Below, piece after piece: positions 50,896 through 60,501 of a stretch of 64,000 nt of DNA. The translations under genes and the position numbers were made by a program. The stretch is from an uncultured Actinomycetota bacterium (GTDB lineage Bacteria; Actinomycetota; Aquicultoria; JACQXZ01; CAYGBL01): positions 9,511-73,510 of the forward strand of contig CAYGBL010000007.1 of the NCBI GenBank assembly GCA_964348135.1, given 5' to 3'. Every line of letters begins with the position of its first letter. Within the stretch, counting starts at the first letter, position 1. The notes below the pieces were generated by a model. That model saw nothing but the letters and a program-made list of their open reading frames with translations, was not told where the DNA came from and ran no database searches.

Positions 50896-52827
50896 CTATG
50901 CTCTATGCTCCCTAATCATTCCCATCACTTTCGGAAAAGCGTCCATATTAGTATGAGGAAGGAAGAGTGCCGATATGTAGCGATCCATAAAGGCCGGATT
51001 TACGCTCAGCTCTAAATAGGTCATCTTCCTGGCAATCTTTTCCGCCTCTTTCTGCAACGCTCTGGAGAGAGCCACTGCTCTTGTTCCCATAAGTGATCCA
51101 TTTCCGATAAAAATAAATCTTTCGCTGTCTGCTTCTGGAAGCAAACCTATAATCATAGCCTTATCAATCTCAATATAGTTTCCAAAAGCACCTGCAATGA
51201 TAATCCTCTCAATGTCCGGAATCTTTACATCTACGCTTTCAGTTAGTATAGTTATGCCAGCATAAATCGCAGCTTTAGCCCTTATCAGGTTATCCAAGTC
51301 AACCTCGGAAATTGTAATATCTCGGCCAATCCCTGCTTCTTCCGCCCAGACCAGTACATATTCTGCACCATTTTCTCCCATCCGTATCCTTGGAGTCTTT
51401 AGCTCTGTATTGAACTTTCCTTTCTGATTGATAATTCCCGATAAGAACAATTCGGCCACAACGTCGATTAGTCCACTTCCGCAAATTCCTCCTGGCTTAG
51501 ATTGTCCAATAGTAAGAATCATTGGTTCCAGAGTCTCGCGGCTTATTCGGACCTGCTCAATTGCACCTCTGGTTGCCCTTACTCCATTTCTGATTCCTCC
51601 TCCTTCAAAGGCCGGACCAGCTGAGCAAGAGCAGGAGACCAGCCAATCACGGTTGCCCAACACCAGCTCTCCATTAGTCCCAATATCTATATAGAGAGTG
51701 AGTTTGTCTGACTGGAAAACCCCTGAACCAAGAATACCGGCCGTTATATCTCCTCCCACGTAACTTGCAACTCCTGGAAAACAGTAAAGATAAACACTCT
51801 CAAGGAGACTGATTCCCAGATCACGGGCCTTTAATAGTGGAACAGAGCTTATGGTGGGAATATAGGGATCCTCTCTTATATATTTAGGATCAAGCCCGAG
51901 CAGCAAATGTGTCATAGTGGTATTCCCTGCAGCAACCATATAACTAATGTCTTGAAGCTCGATCTGTGCTTTACGAACTAATTCGGATAGCAAGTTATTA
52001 ATAGTAGTTACTGCTGCGCTCTGCAGCTTGAGCAGCCCACCTTCTCTACCGGCAAATATTATCCTGGTAATGACATCCTCTCCATAGGAAATCTGGGCAT
52101 TGTAATTAGAAGCTTTTGCTGTTACTTTACCTTCACTAAGATCCACCAGCTGAGCAATTACCGTTGTTGTCCCTACGTCAACTACTAATGCATAGTTTTT
52201 CTTGGTAGCATTTCCAGGCTCAACCTGTATAAGATATGTCCCGTCGTCAGTATCCAAGAAAGTCAGAGTAATCTGCCAGTCTTTCTCCCGCAAATTAACT
52301 GCTAGATTTTTTAATACTGCAGGATCAATAACAACCTCTTTAAGAGAAATTTGGCGGCTGAGCTCACGGCGCAGCCGCTCCAAGTCACTCAGATTATCTT
52401 CAATGGTCGGTGGCGGAAGCTTCATAAACATTTTCCTGGTGGGAGATAAATGCTTCCACGCGGTTGCCATTACTTCCACGTCTGGAGCTGATAGAAAATG
52501 GCCCCAGGCAGGGATCTGTCTTTCCCTCTCGAGAATTTTACTATCTCCCATTTGGGATTCTACCGGGACTCGAACCTCAACGTCTCCCTGTACGTTGGTT
52601 AGACACGCAAGGTGATATCCCCGTTCAATCTCAGCTTCTGTGAGTTTTCCTCTGCCCAGAACTTCCACTTCACCGGTTTCCACGATTACCCTGCACTTAC
52701 CACAGGTTCCATCTCCTCCGCAGGAAGCATTAATATGAACTTCAGCAATCATAGCCGCTCTTAGGAGATTTTCTCCCTCTACAACCTCTATTTTTATATT
52801 GTCCGGATAAAAAATGACTTCAGGCAT
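50896..52827 (-). CDS. reductive activator of corrinoid protein (RACo/AcsV), 2Fe-2S ferredoxin domain plus ASKHA ATPase
   Basis: 643 aa. The N-terminus has a plant-type ferredoxin motif (CGGDGTCGKCRV). The C-terminal region is an actin-fold ATPase. Confidence 0.75.
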   Translation of the reverse strand: MPEVIFYPDNIKIEVVEGENLLRAAMIAEVHINASCGGDGTCGKCRVIVETGEVEVLGRGKLTEAEIERGYHLACLTNVQGDVEVRVPVESQMGDSKILERERQIPAWGHFLSAPDVEVMATAWKHLSPTRKMFMKLPPPTIEDNLSDLERLRRELSRQISLKEVVIDPAVLKNLAVNLREKDWQITLTFLDTDDGTYLIQVEPGNATKKNYALVVDVGTTTVIAQLVDLSEGKVTAKASNYNAQISYGEDVITRIIFAGREGGLLKLQSAAVTTINNLLSELVRKAQIELQDISYMVAAGNTTMTHLLLGLDPKYIREDPYIPTISSVPLLKARDLGISLLESVYLYCFPGVASYVGGDITAGILGSGVFQSDKLTLYIDIGTNGELVLGNRDWLVSCSCSAGPAFEGGGIRNGVRATRGAIEQVRISRETLEPMILTIGQSKPGGICGSGLIDVVAELFLSGIINQKGKFNTELKTPRIRMGENGAEYVLVWAEEAGIGRDITISEVDLDNLIRAKAAIYAGITILTESVDVKIPDIERIIIAGAFGNYIEIDKAMIIGLLPEADSERFIFIGNGSLMGTRAVALSRALQKEAEKIARKMTYLELSVNPAFMDRYISALFLPHTNMDAFPKVMGMIREHRA

Positions 52828-52828
52828 A

Positions 52829-52928
52829 ATTAGTTATTCGTTATTCGGAATTAGTTATTAGAGCTCATTCCTAATTCCTAATTCCTAATTCCTAATTTCC
52901 AATTTCTAATTCCTAATTTCCAATTCCG
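52829..52928 (+). repeat. intercistronic heptamer-based inverted repeat (fhs/RACo junction)
   Basis: The left arm is AATTAGTTATTCGTTATTCGGAATTAG. The right arm is (TTCCTAA)x4 TTTCCAA TTTCTAA TTCCTAA TTTCCAA. The arms are complementary and would form a long imperfect hairpin. Confidence 0.7.
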
Positions 52929-52931
52929 ACC

Positions 52932-54632
52932 CTAGAACAGACCTACAATCCTCCCTTTGCCGTCAATATCAATCTTTGTTCCCGCAGGGACTGAAGGAAG
53001 ACCTGGCATAGTTCTCATCTCTCCACAAAGAGGATATAGAAAACCTGCACCTACTGACGCTCGTATGTCTCTAATAGGAAGACGGTAGTTTCGAGGTCTT
53101 CCCTTCCAATTAGGCTCGTGGGAAAGTGAGAGATGGGTCTTAGCCATATTTATCGGTAGCTTGTTGAGACCCAATTCAGTATATTGCTTAATCTTTTGTT
53201 CAGCCAAGGGTGCATAATCTACACCATCAGCTCCATATATTTGAGTAGCTATAGTTTCAATCTTTTCCTTGATCGGAGCATTCAGAGAATAGAGGAAATG
53301 GAAGCGATGGGACTTATTGGCAGCTTTGACTACCGCCTTAGCAACATCAGTTCCACCTGCTCCTCCCTTAGCCCATACTTCACTCACTACCGCATCTTCT
53401 GCTCCTGCATCAACCGCTTTCTGCCTTACCAGCTCTATCTCTTCATCTGTATCAGTAACAAAATGGTTTATGGCTACGACTACCGGCAGGCCAAAAATCC
53501 TCATATTCTCAACCTGCTTGGTCAGGTTTTCGCTTCCCAATTCTACTGACTTTAGATCCTGTTTCTTCAATCCCGGATCAAGTGGTCTACCCGGTCTTAC
53601 TGTATATTTTCCACTATGCATCTTTAAAGCCCGTATCGTACATACTACTACTACCGCATCAGGCTTTAGACCACTATAGCGGCACTTTATGTCCATCATC
53701 TTTTCTGCACCGCAGTCAGCTCCAAAACCGCTTTCAGTAACACAATATTCTCCTAATTTAACAGCCATCTGATCCGCCAAAATAGAGTTATTGCCATGAG
53801 CTATGTTTGCAAAGGGACCAGCGTGGACAAATACCGGAGTATGCTCTAAAGTCTGAATTAGATTGGGCTTGATAGCATCCTTAAGAAGAACTGTCATTGC
53901 TCCTGCACATTTTAGGTCTTCAGCCGTAACAGGCTTACCGTCTTTGGTAAAGCCAATAATAATGCGTCCAAGTCTCTTGCGCAGATCCTTCAAGCTGTCG
54001 GTTAAAGCAAGGATAGCCATCACTTCTGAAGCAACAGTTATGTCGAAACCTGACTCTCGAGGTATACCGTTGGCTCGTCCACCCAAACCAACAACTATAT
54101 GCCTTAACGCTCTATCGCTAACATCAACCACACGCGGCCAGAGTATACTTTGCGTATCAATTTTTAACTTATTACCATGAAGGATACTTGCGTCAATAAA
54201 AGCAGATAGGAGGTTGTGGGCAAGACCTACCGCGTGTACATCTCCCGTAAAGTGAAGATTAAAATCCTCCATAGGGATTACCTGGGAGTACCCGCCTCCA
54301 GCTGCACCACCTTTTATACCAAATACCGGCCCCAGCGAGGGTTGTCTAATGGTAGTCACAGTTTTCTTCCTAATTTTGTTTAGGGCCATGGAAAGACCAA
54401 TGGTAGTCACTGTTTTACCTTCTCCCAGGGGAGTAGGTGTTATAGCTGTAACCACAATATATTTACCAGTCTTTTTCTTCTTCAGACGGTTAAGAAGATC
54501 TAAAGAAACTTTTGCTTTATAATTGCCATAAAGCTCCAGTTCGCTCTCCTTAATCCCCAGGTCATTGGCAATTTCAAAAATAGGTTTAATTTTGGAAGCC
54601 TGCGCAATCTCAATATCGCTTTTCATAGCCAT
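52932..54632 (-). CDS. fhs: formate--tetrahydrofolate ligase
   Basis: The ORF-track start at 54674 is upstream of the RBS. The likely start is ATG 54632, giving MAMKSDIEIAQ, after AAGGAAAG. The Fhs pattern is conserved along the full length. Confidence 0.9.
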   Translation of the reverse strand: MAMKSDIEIAQASKIKPIFEIANDLGIKESELELYGNYKAKVSLDLLNRLKKKKTGKYIVVTAITPTPLGEGKTVTTIGLSMALNKIRKKTVTTIRQPSLGPVFGIKGGAAGGGYSQVIPMEDFNLHFTGDVHAVGLAHNLLSAFIDASILHGNKLKIDTQSILWPRVVDVSDRALRHIVVGLGGRANGIPRESGFDITVASEVMAILALTDSLKDLRKRLGRIIIGFTKDGKPVTAEDLKCAGAMTVLLKDAIKPNLIQTLEHTPVFVHAGPFANIAHGNNSILADQMAVKLGEYCVTESGFGADCGAEKMMDIKCRYSGLKPDAVVVVCTIRALKMHSGKYTVRPGRPLDPGLKKQDLKSVELGSENLTKQVENMRIFGLPVVVAINHFVTDTDEEIELVRQKAVDAGAEDAVVSEVWAKGGAGGTDVAKAVVKAANKSHRFHFLYSLNAPIKEKIETIATQIYGADGVDYAPLAEQKIKQYTELGLNKLPINMAKTHLSLSHEPNWKGRPRNYRLPIRDIRASVGAGFLYPLCGEMRTMPGLPSVPAGTKIDIDGKGRIVGLF

Positions 54633-55142
54633 TCTTCTTTCCTTTCTCTTCGACCGACATAAGATATGCCTCAACTATTTTATAGTTACATCTTAAGTTT
54701 TTCAGGTCAAAAACCGCGATCTGCTCTCTTATTAGAATCTATTTAAGTCCGAAAAAAGATTGAGTTGAAGAACTATACCATGTTACGCAGAAACGAACAT
54801 TTCCAATACAAAAATCATAAAAAAGCAGATGTCTGCCGTCTATGCTGAAACAGGCAGGTACTACCAACGACTTCCTAATTCCTATTCTAACTGGTTAGCA
54901 AATCAACAGCTTCTAATATTAATAGGCTCTGTGCAAAAGTGCACAATCTTAAAAAAAATAATACCTTCTTAACTATGAAAATTAAATTAAAGAAGTAGAA
55001 ACTAGCTAAATTATGAAAAATAACCAAACTCCTAAAGTGAAATCATTATAATATACTAAAAGTGTTTGACAACCCGCATAAGATAAATGGCTTTTATGGC
55101 ATTTGAACGGCATTTTGTACCATTTATATGCAGACAAATAAA

Positions 55143-55180
55143 AGGAGCTGGTATCGAGTTCCTGCCAGCTCCTTCTTTGC
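55143..55180 (-). terminator. intrinsic terminator after the NIL-ferredoxin gene
   Basis: On the minus strand the hairpin AAGGAGCUGG-caggaacucgauac-CCAGCUCCUU is followed by UUAUUUGU. Confidence 0.6.
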
Positions 55181-55204
55181 AGTATATAAACTGTAACCTT
55201 TCCT

Positions 55205-55612
55205 CTAGAACAAGACGCCGATTACTCTTACAGGACAAGCATTTACACATAACTCGCAGAGAATACATTCGTCCTTATCAAAGCGTAACTTCCAGTTCTC
55301 GATATTCATAGTAAGAGCATCAGTCGGGCACACAGCTGTACAGGCGCCGCAGTCAATACATCCTTTCTCGTCAAGTTTTATGTCTCTAGCTGCCTCCTGA
55401 ACATCTACATTCTGGCTACGCAGGTAATCCAGCCCTTTTTTTATCTTTTCCTGCGGACCATCGAGTTCCAATACCATATGGCCGGTTTCTTCTTCACGAA
55501 TCTCAGCGCGTAGAATATTTGTAATCAAATCATAATCCTTCACCAGATGATAGGTTATAGGTTGAGCAACCTGCTCAGGTGGAAAGGTTAAGACTATTTT
55601 TTTTCTGGCCAT
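55205..55612 (-). CDS. NIL-domain 2x[4Fe-4S] ferredoxin (partner of DUF39 in sulfide-dependent homocysteine synthesis)
   Basis: 135 aa. The N-terminus is a NIL domain. The C-terminus reads CIDCGACTAVCP...CILCELCVNACP. Confidence 0.7.
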   Translation of the reverse strand: MARKKIVLTFPPEQVAQPITYHLVKDYDLITNILRAEIREEETGHMVLELDGPQEKIKKGLDYLRSQNVDVQEAARDIKLDEKGCIDCGACTAVCPTDALTMNIENWKLRFDKDECILCELCVNACPVRVIGVLF

Positions 55613-56779
55613 TTATATCTCCTCCTCTGTTTTGATCTCCAAAGGCTTAAAGACCTGTTCTTGTGAAAGATAAGCGATGGGCTCTTGAAGCAGAAACTTA
55701 CCTTGGCCAATCCACTCTTTGAGAATCCCTGCAATCTCTTTTGCTCTGGCATAACTGGACAGCGGAGCCGTCGGTACTTCTTTGCCGTTGATAGTAATCT
55801 TCCCACTCCGAAGTTCCTGATAGCTGACCTTCCCCAAAGCAGGTTTTGCTCGTTGTGGGATACTATAATCAATTATCGTAGTGTGTATATCTTCATCGCC
55901 TACACTTACATGTTCCGCTATCTCCTCATTGAGGATTGGAATGGGGATTCCTACACCTACATATATTGTAGTTCCGTAGCGATAGAACGTTGCCCCACGT
56001 ATAAAACCTGCGCTCATTTGTTTCAAGTCCCCAATCAAAGCTAGAGTTCCTGCGGGGGCAACTGGTATACCTTTCTCATTTCTTCGCTGCTTGGGATTAT
56101 GTTGGGTTCCTTCCCAGGCAACATACCCCACCGTTCCTCCTAAGAATATCCGCGTTCCTATACCGATAGTCTTATAAAAGGGGTCTTTTAAGAGTGGATT
56201 AAGTTGCGAAGCACTGCAGTACGTAGCATTCCCCAGTCTGGGCAAGAGAGTTCCCATATATGTATGGATAGTACGGTTAGAAGTATTTACAGCAACTGCG
56301 TAATTCTGATAGCAATTGCGGGGATTAAAAAGGTACGCCTGATTCACACTATCTTTAGTCACAAATGTTTCAATCTCTTTACGGGGATAACAATCCGTAC
56401 CGTAAGCAGTGGATTTCAATTTTACCGGTTTACCATTAATCAGATCCTCAATTACATGACCTCCACCGTAGTCAAAACCTCTAGTTTCTGACAGCTCAGT
56501 TGCTCCAATGTATACATCTACTGCCGCTAATCCTGCATAGCTCAGTACATCATTCAGCCATACTTTAGTCATTTTAATAGGCGGATCAGCGTGTCCGAAG
56601 TTAATAAAAGCCCCTGATGAACACATGGGACCAAAAGTTGCAGCAGTTACCACATCCACCTCTTGAGCAACTTTCTTTACACCTTTTTCTTTTGCTAATT
56701 TTACAATTTCTTCAGCAGTAACTACTACTACTTGACCTTTCTTAATTTTTTCATTTATCTCTTCATAAGTTTTAGCCAT
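55613..56779 (-). CDS. DUF39/COG1900 homocysteine biosynthesis protein
   Basis: 388 aa. The N-terminus (TYEEINEKIKKGQVVVVTAEE) and the overall size match the COG1900 family. It is translationally coupled to the NIL-ferredoxin gene. Confidence 0.65.
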   Translation of the reverse strand: MAKTYEEINEKIKKGQVVVVTAEEIVKLAKEKGVKKVAQEVDVVTAATFGPMCSSGAFINFGHADPPIKMTKVWLNDVLSYAGLAAVDVYIGATELSETRGFDYGGGHVIEDLINGKPVKLKSTAYGTDCYPRKEIETFVTKDSVNQAYLFNPRNCYQNYAVAVNTSNRTIHTYMGTLLPRLGNATYCSASQLNPLLKDPFYKTIGIGTRIFLGGTVGYVAWEGTQHNPKQRRNEKGIPVAPAGTLALIGDLKQMSAGFIRGATFYRYGTTIYVGVGIPIPILNEEIAEHVSVGDEDIHTTIIDYSIPQRAKPALGKVSYQELRSGKITINGKEVPTAPLSSYARAKEIAGILKEWIGQGKFLLQEPIAYLSQEQVFKPLEIKTEEEI

Positions 56780-56954
56780 CTTTACACCTCCTATATTAGT
56801 TCACGGTTCACGGTTAACGGCTCACAACCGTCAGTTGACAGTTCTCAGTTCTGCATGAATATAATTCCTCCGACCCCACTATATAATATGTGTCGCATTG
56901 TTTCTCCAATATTAGTTCACGGTTCACAACCGTCAGTTGACAGTCTTCGAGACC

Positions 56955-57335
56955 AATAAAAAACCTCTCATCCTAATGGGACGAGAGGTAAAATTCGTGG
57001 TACCACCCAATTTCGCAAGTGCCTTACAGCATCCAGCCTCGCTGAGTACGCCCCGCCCTTGGCGGGAATATACTCTTTCCTTTTAATAACGGAGGATTCC
57101 GTCTGGATCTACTCCTGAGCACTTACTTTACTGCAAAGTCGGAGTTTGACTGACACTTGGAAACTTTCCAAGTTAGGTCCCACCAAGAACTCTGCAGTAA
57201 AGTAAGTGCTCGGTTTCTTCCAGAGCCTCAGGGATCATGTTCAGTTTGCATTTCCCGCGCCGGTTCTCAGCTATCCCGGCTCTCTGCCGCAGTACTCAAC
57301 AAACCTACTCTTTCCCGTCATTGCAAATATATATG
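56955..57335 (-). ncRNA. T-box riboswitch leader (putatively tRNA-Met responsive) upstream of the DUF39/NIL-ferredoxin operon
   Basis: The minus strand contains the T-box sequence AAAUUGGGUGGUACCACGA with a UGGU bulge. The antiterminator is GGG[UGGUACC]ACGA...UCGUCCC. It overlaps a terminator ACCUCUCGUCC-cauua-GGAUGAGAGGU followed by U7 (plus-strand 56955..56990). An F-box (CCGUUA) lies upstream. A Stem III candidate CCCGCC-aag-GGCGGG, a long Stem II hairpin with a 19-bp perfect stem, and a Stem I hairpin containing AUG triplets are also present. Confidence 0.75.
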
Positions 57336-57342
57336 CTCCAGA

Positions 57343-57372
57343 AATATACCTTAAAATCTATCCTGCTGTCAA
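57343..57372 (-). promoter_or_regulatory. sigma70-like promoter for the T-box leader
   Basis: On the minus strand TTGACA (57372..57367) is followed by an 18-nt spacer and TATATT (57348..57343). Confidence 0.5.
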
Positions 57373-57548
57373 CTTTTTAATAAGTACCTACCACTCATAA
57401 ATAAAGTAGAACAAATTTTTACGTGTGTGGCATTATTTCTGTAAGATCCAAATTGACACAATTTCAAACCAGGTATTCTATTAATATTTTAAAGCTTGGA
57501 GATTTTGAAAGAGAGCAGAGGGATAAATATCCCTCTGCTCTTTAATAC

Positions 57549-59810
57549 CTATTTAACAGTTGCAAAGGCTTCATTGCTGTAGCCTGATTCTACAACTGTG
57601 CCGCTAGGACAAGTCTTGTAAGCAGTTACCACATAGTAGAAAACCTGCCCAGTCCGCAATTTCGTATCCTTATAAGTAGTTTGAGTGGTACTTGTTATAA
57701 ACGAATATTTTTCATTCTGTGAATAATATACATTGTATCCTTCTGCATCTGTAACTGTATCCCAGGCCAAAGTTATACTCCTCTTGCTGGCAGTAGCAGC
57801 AAGATTCTGGGGTGTAGCAATCGTGCAAGGAGGCTGTGGCACCATTCCGACGCTTGCCATAGCAACCGGTTCTGCTCCTCCGTTATGCAGCCAGAGGTCC
57901 CAGATAGCATTACCCCATCCTTTAAGGTTAGTAAAAAAGGGATCCGTCTGAACGATATAGGCTTGTGGCTCCCCAGAAGGTGTAGGACTAGAAAGAGTGG
58001 TTGCAGTTCCATTTATCTCATCTCTTAAGAACTCAACATAGGGTTTTGAGGTAGTCTGATAGTAAAGTGTCCCATACCAGGAAGCAGTACCAGTTGGTTT
58101 TGTTATAGTCACGTCATCATAGCCGCCAGCATATTCAGCAGAAGTAAAGTAATTAACTGCATCTATACCTTCCCACTTTGGCTGGGCAAATCTTGTGTAC
58201 ATCTCTGGACCTGTATCAAAACCTTTGGGTGGAATTCTGTTATCCTTATAGCGGTCTGTTGCCAGGGCAAAATGGAAGGTCTTCTGCTCACCAGTAAGAT
58301 CAAGGCTGGACATCTCTGCTTCCCAAACCAGCTCCTCAGTCTTTGAGGCAATATCACCGCCAGAGACATAAACTTCATTTCCGCCTGCATCCTGTGTAGT
58401 TACAAGAGGTGCATAAGGATTTATTTCCTCTATGGGATTTCCCGCACTATCGAAGAACTTCACATTGAGGAACATTCTTCTTCCCTCAGGAAAACCTGAG
58501 ATCAGTTTATGACCGGTATTGTTTTTAACCCTTATGGTAGCAGAAGTAGCATCTTCGTTAACTATGCTTAAGGTAGCAGCCATCTCAAGCTGCTGGATCG
58601 ACCTGTCCGCACCATCAAGAAGAGCTTGGGCATATCCTTGTACGCCAGAGACATCTATCTGTGCACCTGCATATTTCTGTCCCGAAAATATGGCATAGTT
58701 ATAGAAGTCGTAAGTAGGGCTGCTGAGATCAACTGATGCCAGCATCTTAAGAATCCACTGATTTCCTCCGGTAAGATCGTGAAGTGGCAGATCAGTCCTG
58801 GTAGGAGCACCCCTCTTATTGCAGCCCAAACCGGTAACATCCCTCATGTGGCAGTCCTGACATTTTGCAGCCCAGGGCACACCTGGTATATCTGCGTCTG
58901 CTCCACCACTTCCATAAGCACTCAAGAGAAATTCACTGGTTGTTCGCTCAACATGGAAATAAGTTTGGGGTGCCTGTCTCTCAGGTACATCTGCACCTAA
59001 GAATACACTGGCAAGAATAGGATTGGAGACATCGTGACAGGAAGAACAAAACCGCTTGCTCTTGTGAGTGCGACTATAGTACATCTGATGTCTTGCTGCG
59101 GCATCAAAGTAAGGACCACTCTTGGCATTTCCCGGATCAACAAAGAACTGCCCTGCTCCATGCTCTATATAATTTGGGAACAATCCATCCAGATAATAAG
59201 TGGGAAGATTAGTATCAACTTCAAGAAAAAGTGTACCGTCAAAAAGAGTCAGATTACTTAAAACACTAAGGTCTCTCAGGTAGGTCTCATAAGCCATGCT
59301 TTGAGCTATGGGATCTGTTTCGGCTGGAAGATCAGGCTGACCTAGTTGGGTAAATGGATCAATCATGCGGTGGCAAAAATCACACTGAACTCCTTCGAAA
59401 TCCTTTCCTGTTAAGGCAGATGTATTGGTAGGATCGCTTCTTCCCTCAAGCCATCCAACGGGTGAATGACACCGTGTGCAGATATCTCCTGCATTGGGGT
59501 TGCCCACAGCCCATATAGAATCCTGATCACTTGCTGTAAGGCAGGCTAGCCAGAGTGGATCTCTTGCTGCTTGAGCCATCATGGAGCCCCTCCAATTATG
59601 ATTAGGCTCAACCCCAGCATTGTAGCCTCCGTGACAGTTATCACATTTATTTGCAGACTCTGAATGGCCTGCTTGACCAGGCTGTGTGCCGGGAATAAAA
59701 ACATTCTGATCATTTTTAACCGGAAGCGGTGTCCACGAGTAAGCAGCATATAAGCCCAGCAATGTAAAAATCAAAACAAGAACTGTTAATCCTACTATTC
59801 TCAGTTTCAT
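57549..59810 (-). CDS. membrane-anchored/secreted pentaheme c-type cytochrome with C-terminal fibronectin type III domain
   Basis: An N-terminal signal or anchor is followed by five CxxCH motifs (CDNCH, CTRCH, CDFCH, CSSCH, CQDCH). The C-terminus is FN3-like (ITLAWDTVTDAEGYNVYYS...YYVVTAY). Confidence 0.75.
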   Translation of the reverse strand: MKLRIVGLTVLVLIFTLLGLYAAYSWTPLPVKNDQNVFIPGTQPGQAGHSESANKCDNCHGGYNAGVEPNHNWRGSMMAQAARDPLWLACLTASDQDSIWAVGNPNAGDICTRCHSPVGWLEGRSDPTNTSALTGKDFEGVQCDFCHRMIDPFTQLGQPDLPAETDPIAQSMAYETYLRDLSVLSNLTLFDGTLFLEVDTNLPTYYLDGLFPNYIEHGAGQFFVDPGNAKSGPYFDAAARHQMYYSRTHKSKRFCSSCHDVSNPILASVFLGADVPERQAPQTYFHVERTTSEFLLSAYGSGGADADIPGVPWAAKCQDCHMRDVTGLGCNKRGAPTRTDLPLHDLTGGNQWILKMLASVDLSSPTYDFYNYAIFSGQKYAGAQIDVSGVQGYAQALLDGADRSIQQLEMAATLSIVNEDATSATIRVKNNTGHKLISGFPEGRRMFLNVKFFDSAGNPIEEINPYAPLVTTQDAGGNEVYVSGGDIASKTEELVWEAEMSSLDLTGEQKTFHFALATDRYKDNRIPPKGFDTGPEMYTRFAQPKWEGIDAVNYFTSAEYAGGYDDVTITKPTGTASWYGTLYYQTTSKPYVEFLRDEINGTATTLSSPTPSGEPQAYIVQTDPFFTNLKGWGNAIWDLWLHNGGAEPVAMASVGMVPQPPCTIATPQNLAATASKRSITLAWDTVTDAEGYNVYYSQNEKYSFITSTTQTTYKDTKLRTGQVFYYVVTAYKTCPSGTVVESGYSNEAFATVK

Positions 59811-60501
59811 TTATCCTCCTTTCAAAAATTATTTATAATTTCACTTCCTGCCCTCCTTTCAAAAAGTATTCTTAAGCAGTTTATAAAAATTAAATAAAAC
59901 TGCTCTTTTCTTAAGATAGAGAACTAGAATTCCTTTCTCTTTCACATTCTTAAACGGCTGCCTTTCTTTATTCCCAAAATTATTAGTTTTAATCTAGTTA
60001 GACTGCACTCAATTTTGTATATAAATACTTCGCACCTTCTACGTTATTAAGAGAAGCAATACTTGCGGCAAATATTATTTCAATCATTATCGCTTTGTAA
60101 AAATTCTATTTCTTCTTTATTTCCAGCTTTATGGATTTTTTACTTGCCTTATGCGTTGACTTGCTCAACCAGTCTTTATACAACAATAAAGCTTCTATGA
60201 ATAAGCCAGGCAAATTTAATAAAGGTTTTAAAAACTGAAGTTACAGTCTTCCTTTCCATCTTAAGAAAAAACAAATAAGCTGAATAAAAATACAAGATAT
60301 AACTATGAAAATATAAAGAGCAACTATTCTTGCACAAATCATAAGCTGGCTGAGAGCCAGTTTTAACATCGCTCTTAATTTTGAAGACCTGCCTTAATAT
60401 TGATAATTTTCCTAACGAGTGGCTATAGAATGCTGCTGTTCTTAAAGGGGGCGAGAAAAACAAAATCCTGGAAGTATAGAAAGTTGTTAGTAACAAATAT
60501 T

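Noticed and set aside
55056-55311. ORFs 55056..55268 (-) and 55087..55311 (+)
   Set aside because: They overlap the 3' end and terminator hairpin of the NIL-ferredoxin gene and have no independent support.
56842-56933. Plus-strand TTGACA hexamers as promoters for a plus-strand ncRNA
   Set aside because: The CAGTTGACAGT motif recurs at the 5' ends of several minus-strand genes as part of the heptamer-repeat elements. The structured RNA signals (T-box, U-tract terminator) are on the minus strand.
56950-57335. Structured roughly 380-nt RNA considered as RNase P RNA, tmRNA, 6S or SRP RNA
   Set aside because: It has no GGAAAGUCCGG / AGGGUGAAA..GGUAAGAGCGCACC RNase P boxes. It has no tmRNA tag ORF or CCA-end T-arm. 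It has no SRP domain IV. It does contain the T-box consensus, the F-box and overlapping antiterminator/terminator pairing, so it is called a T-box leader.
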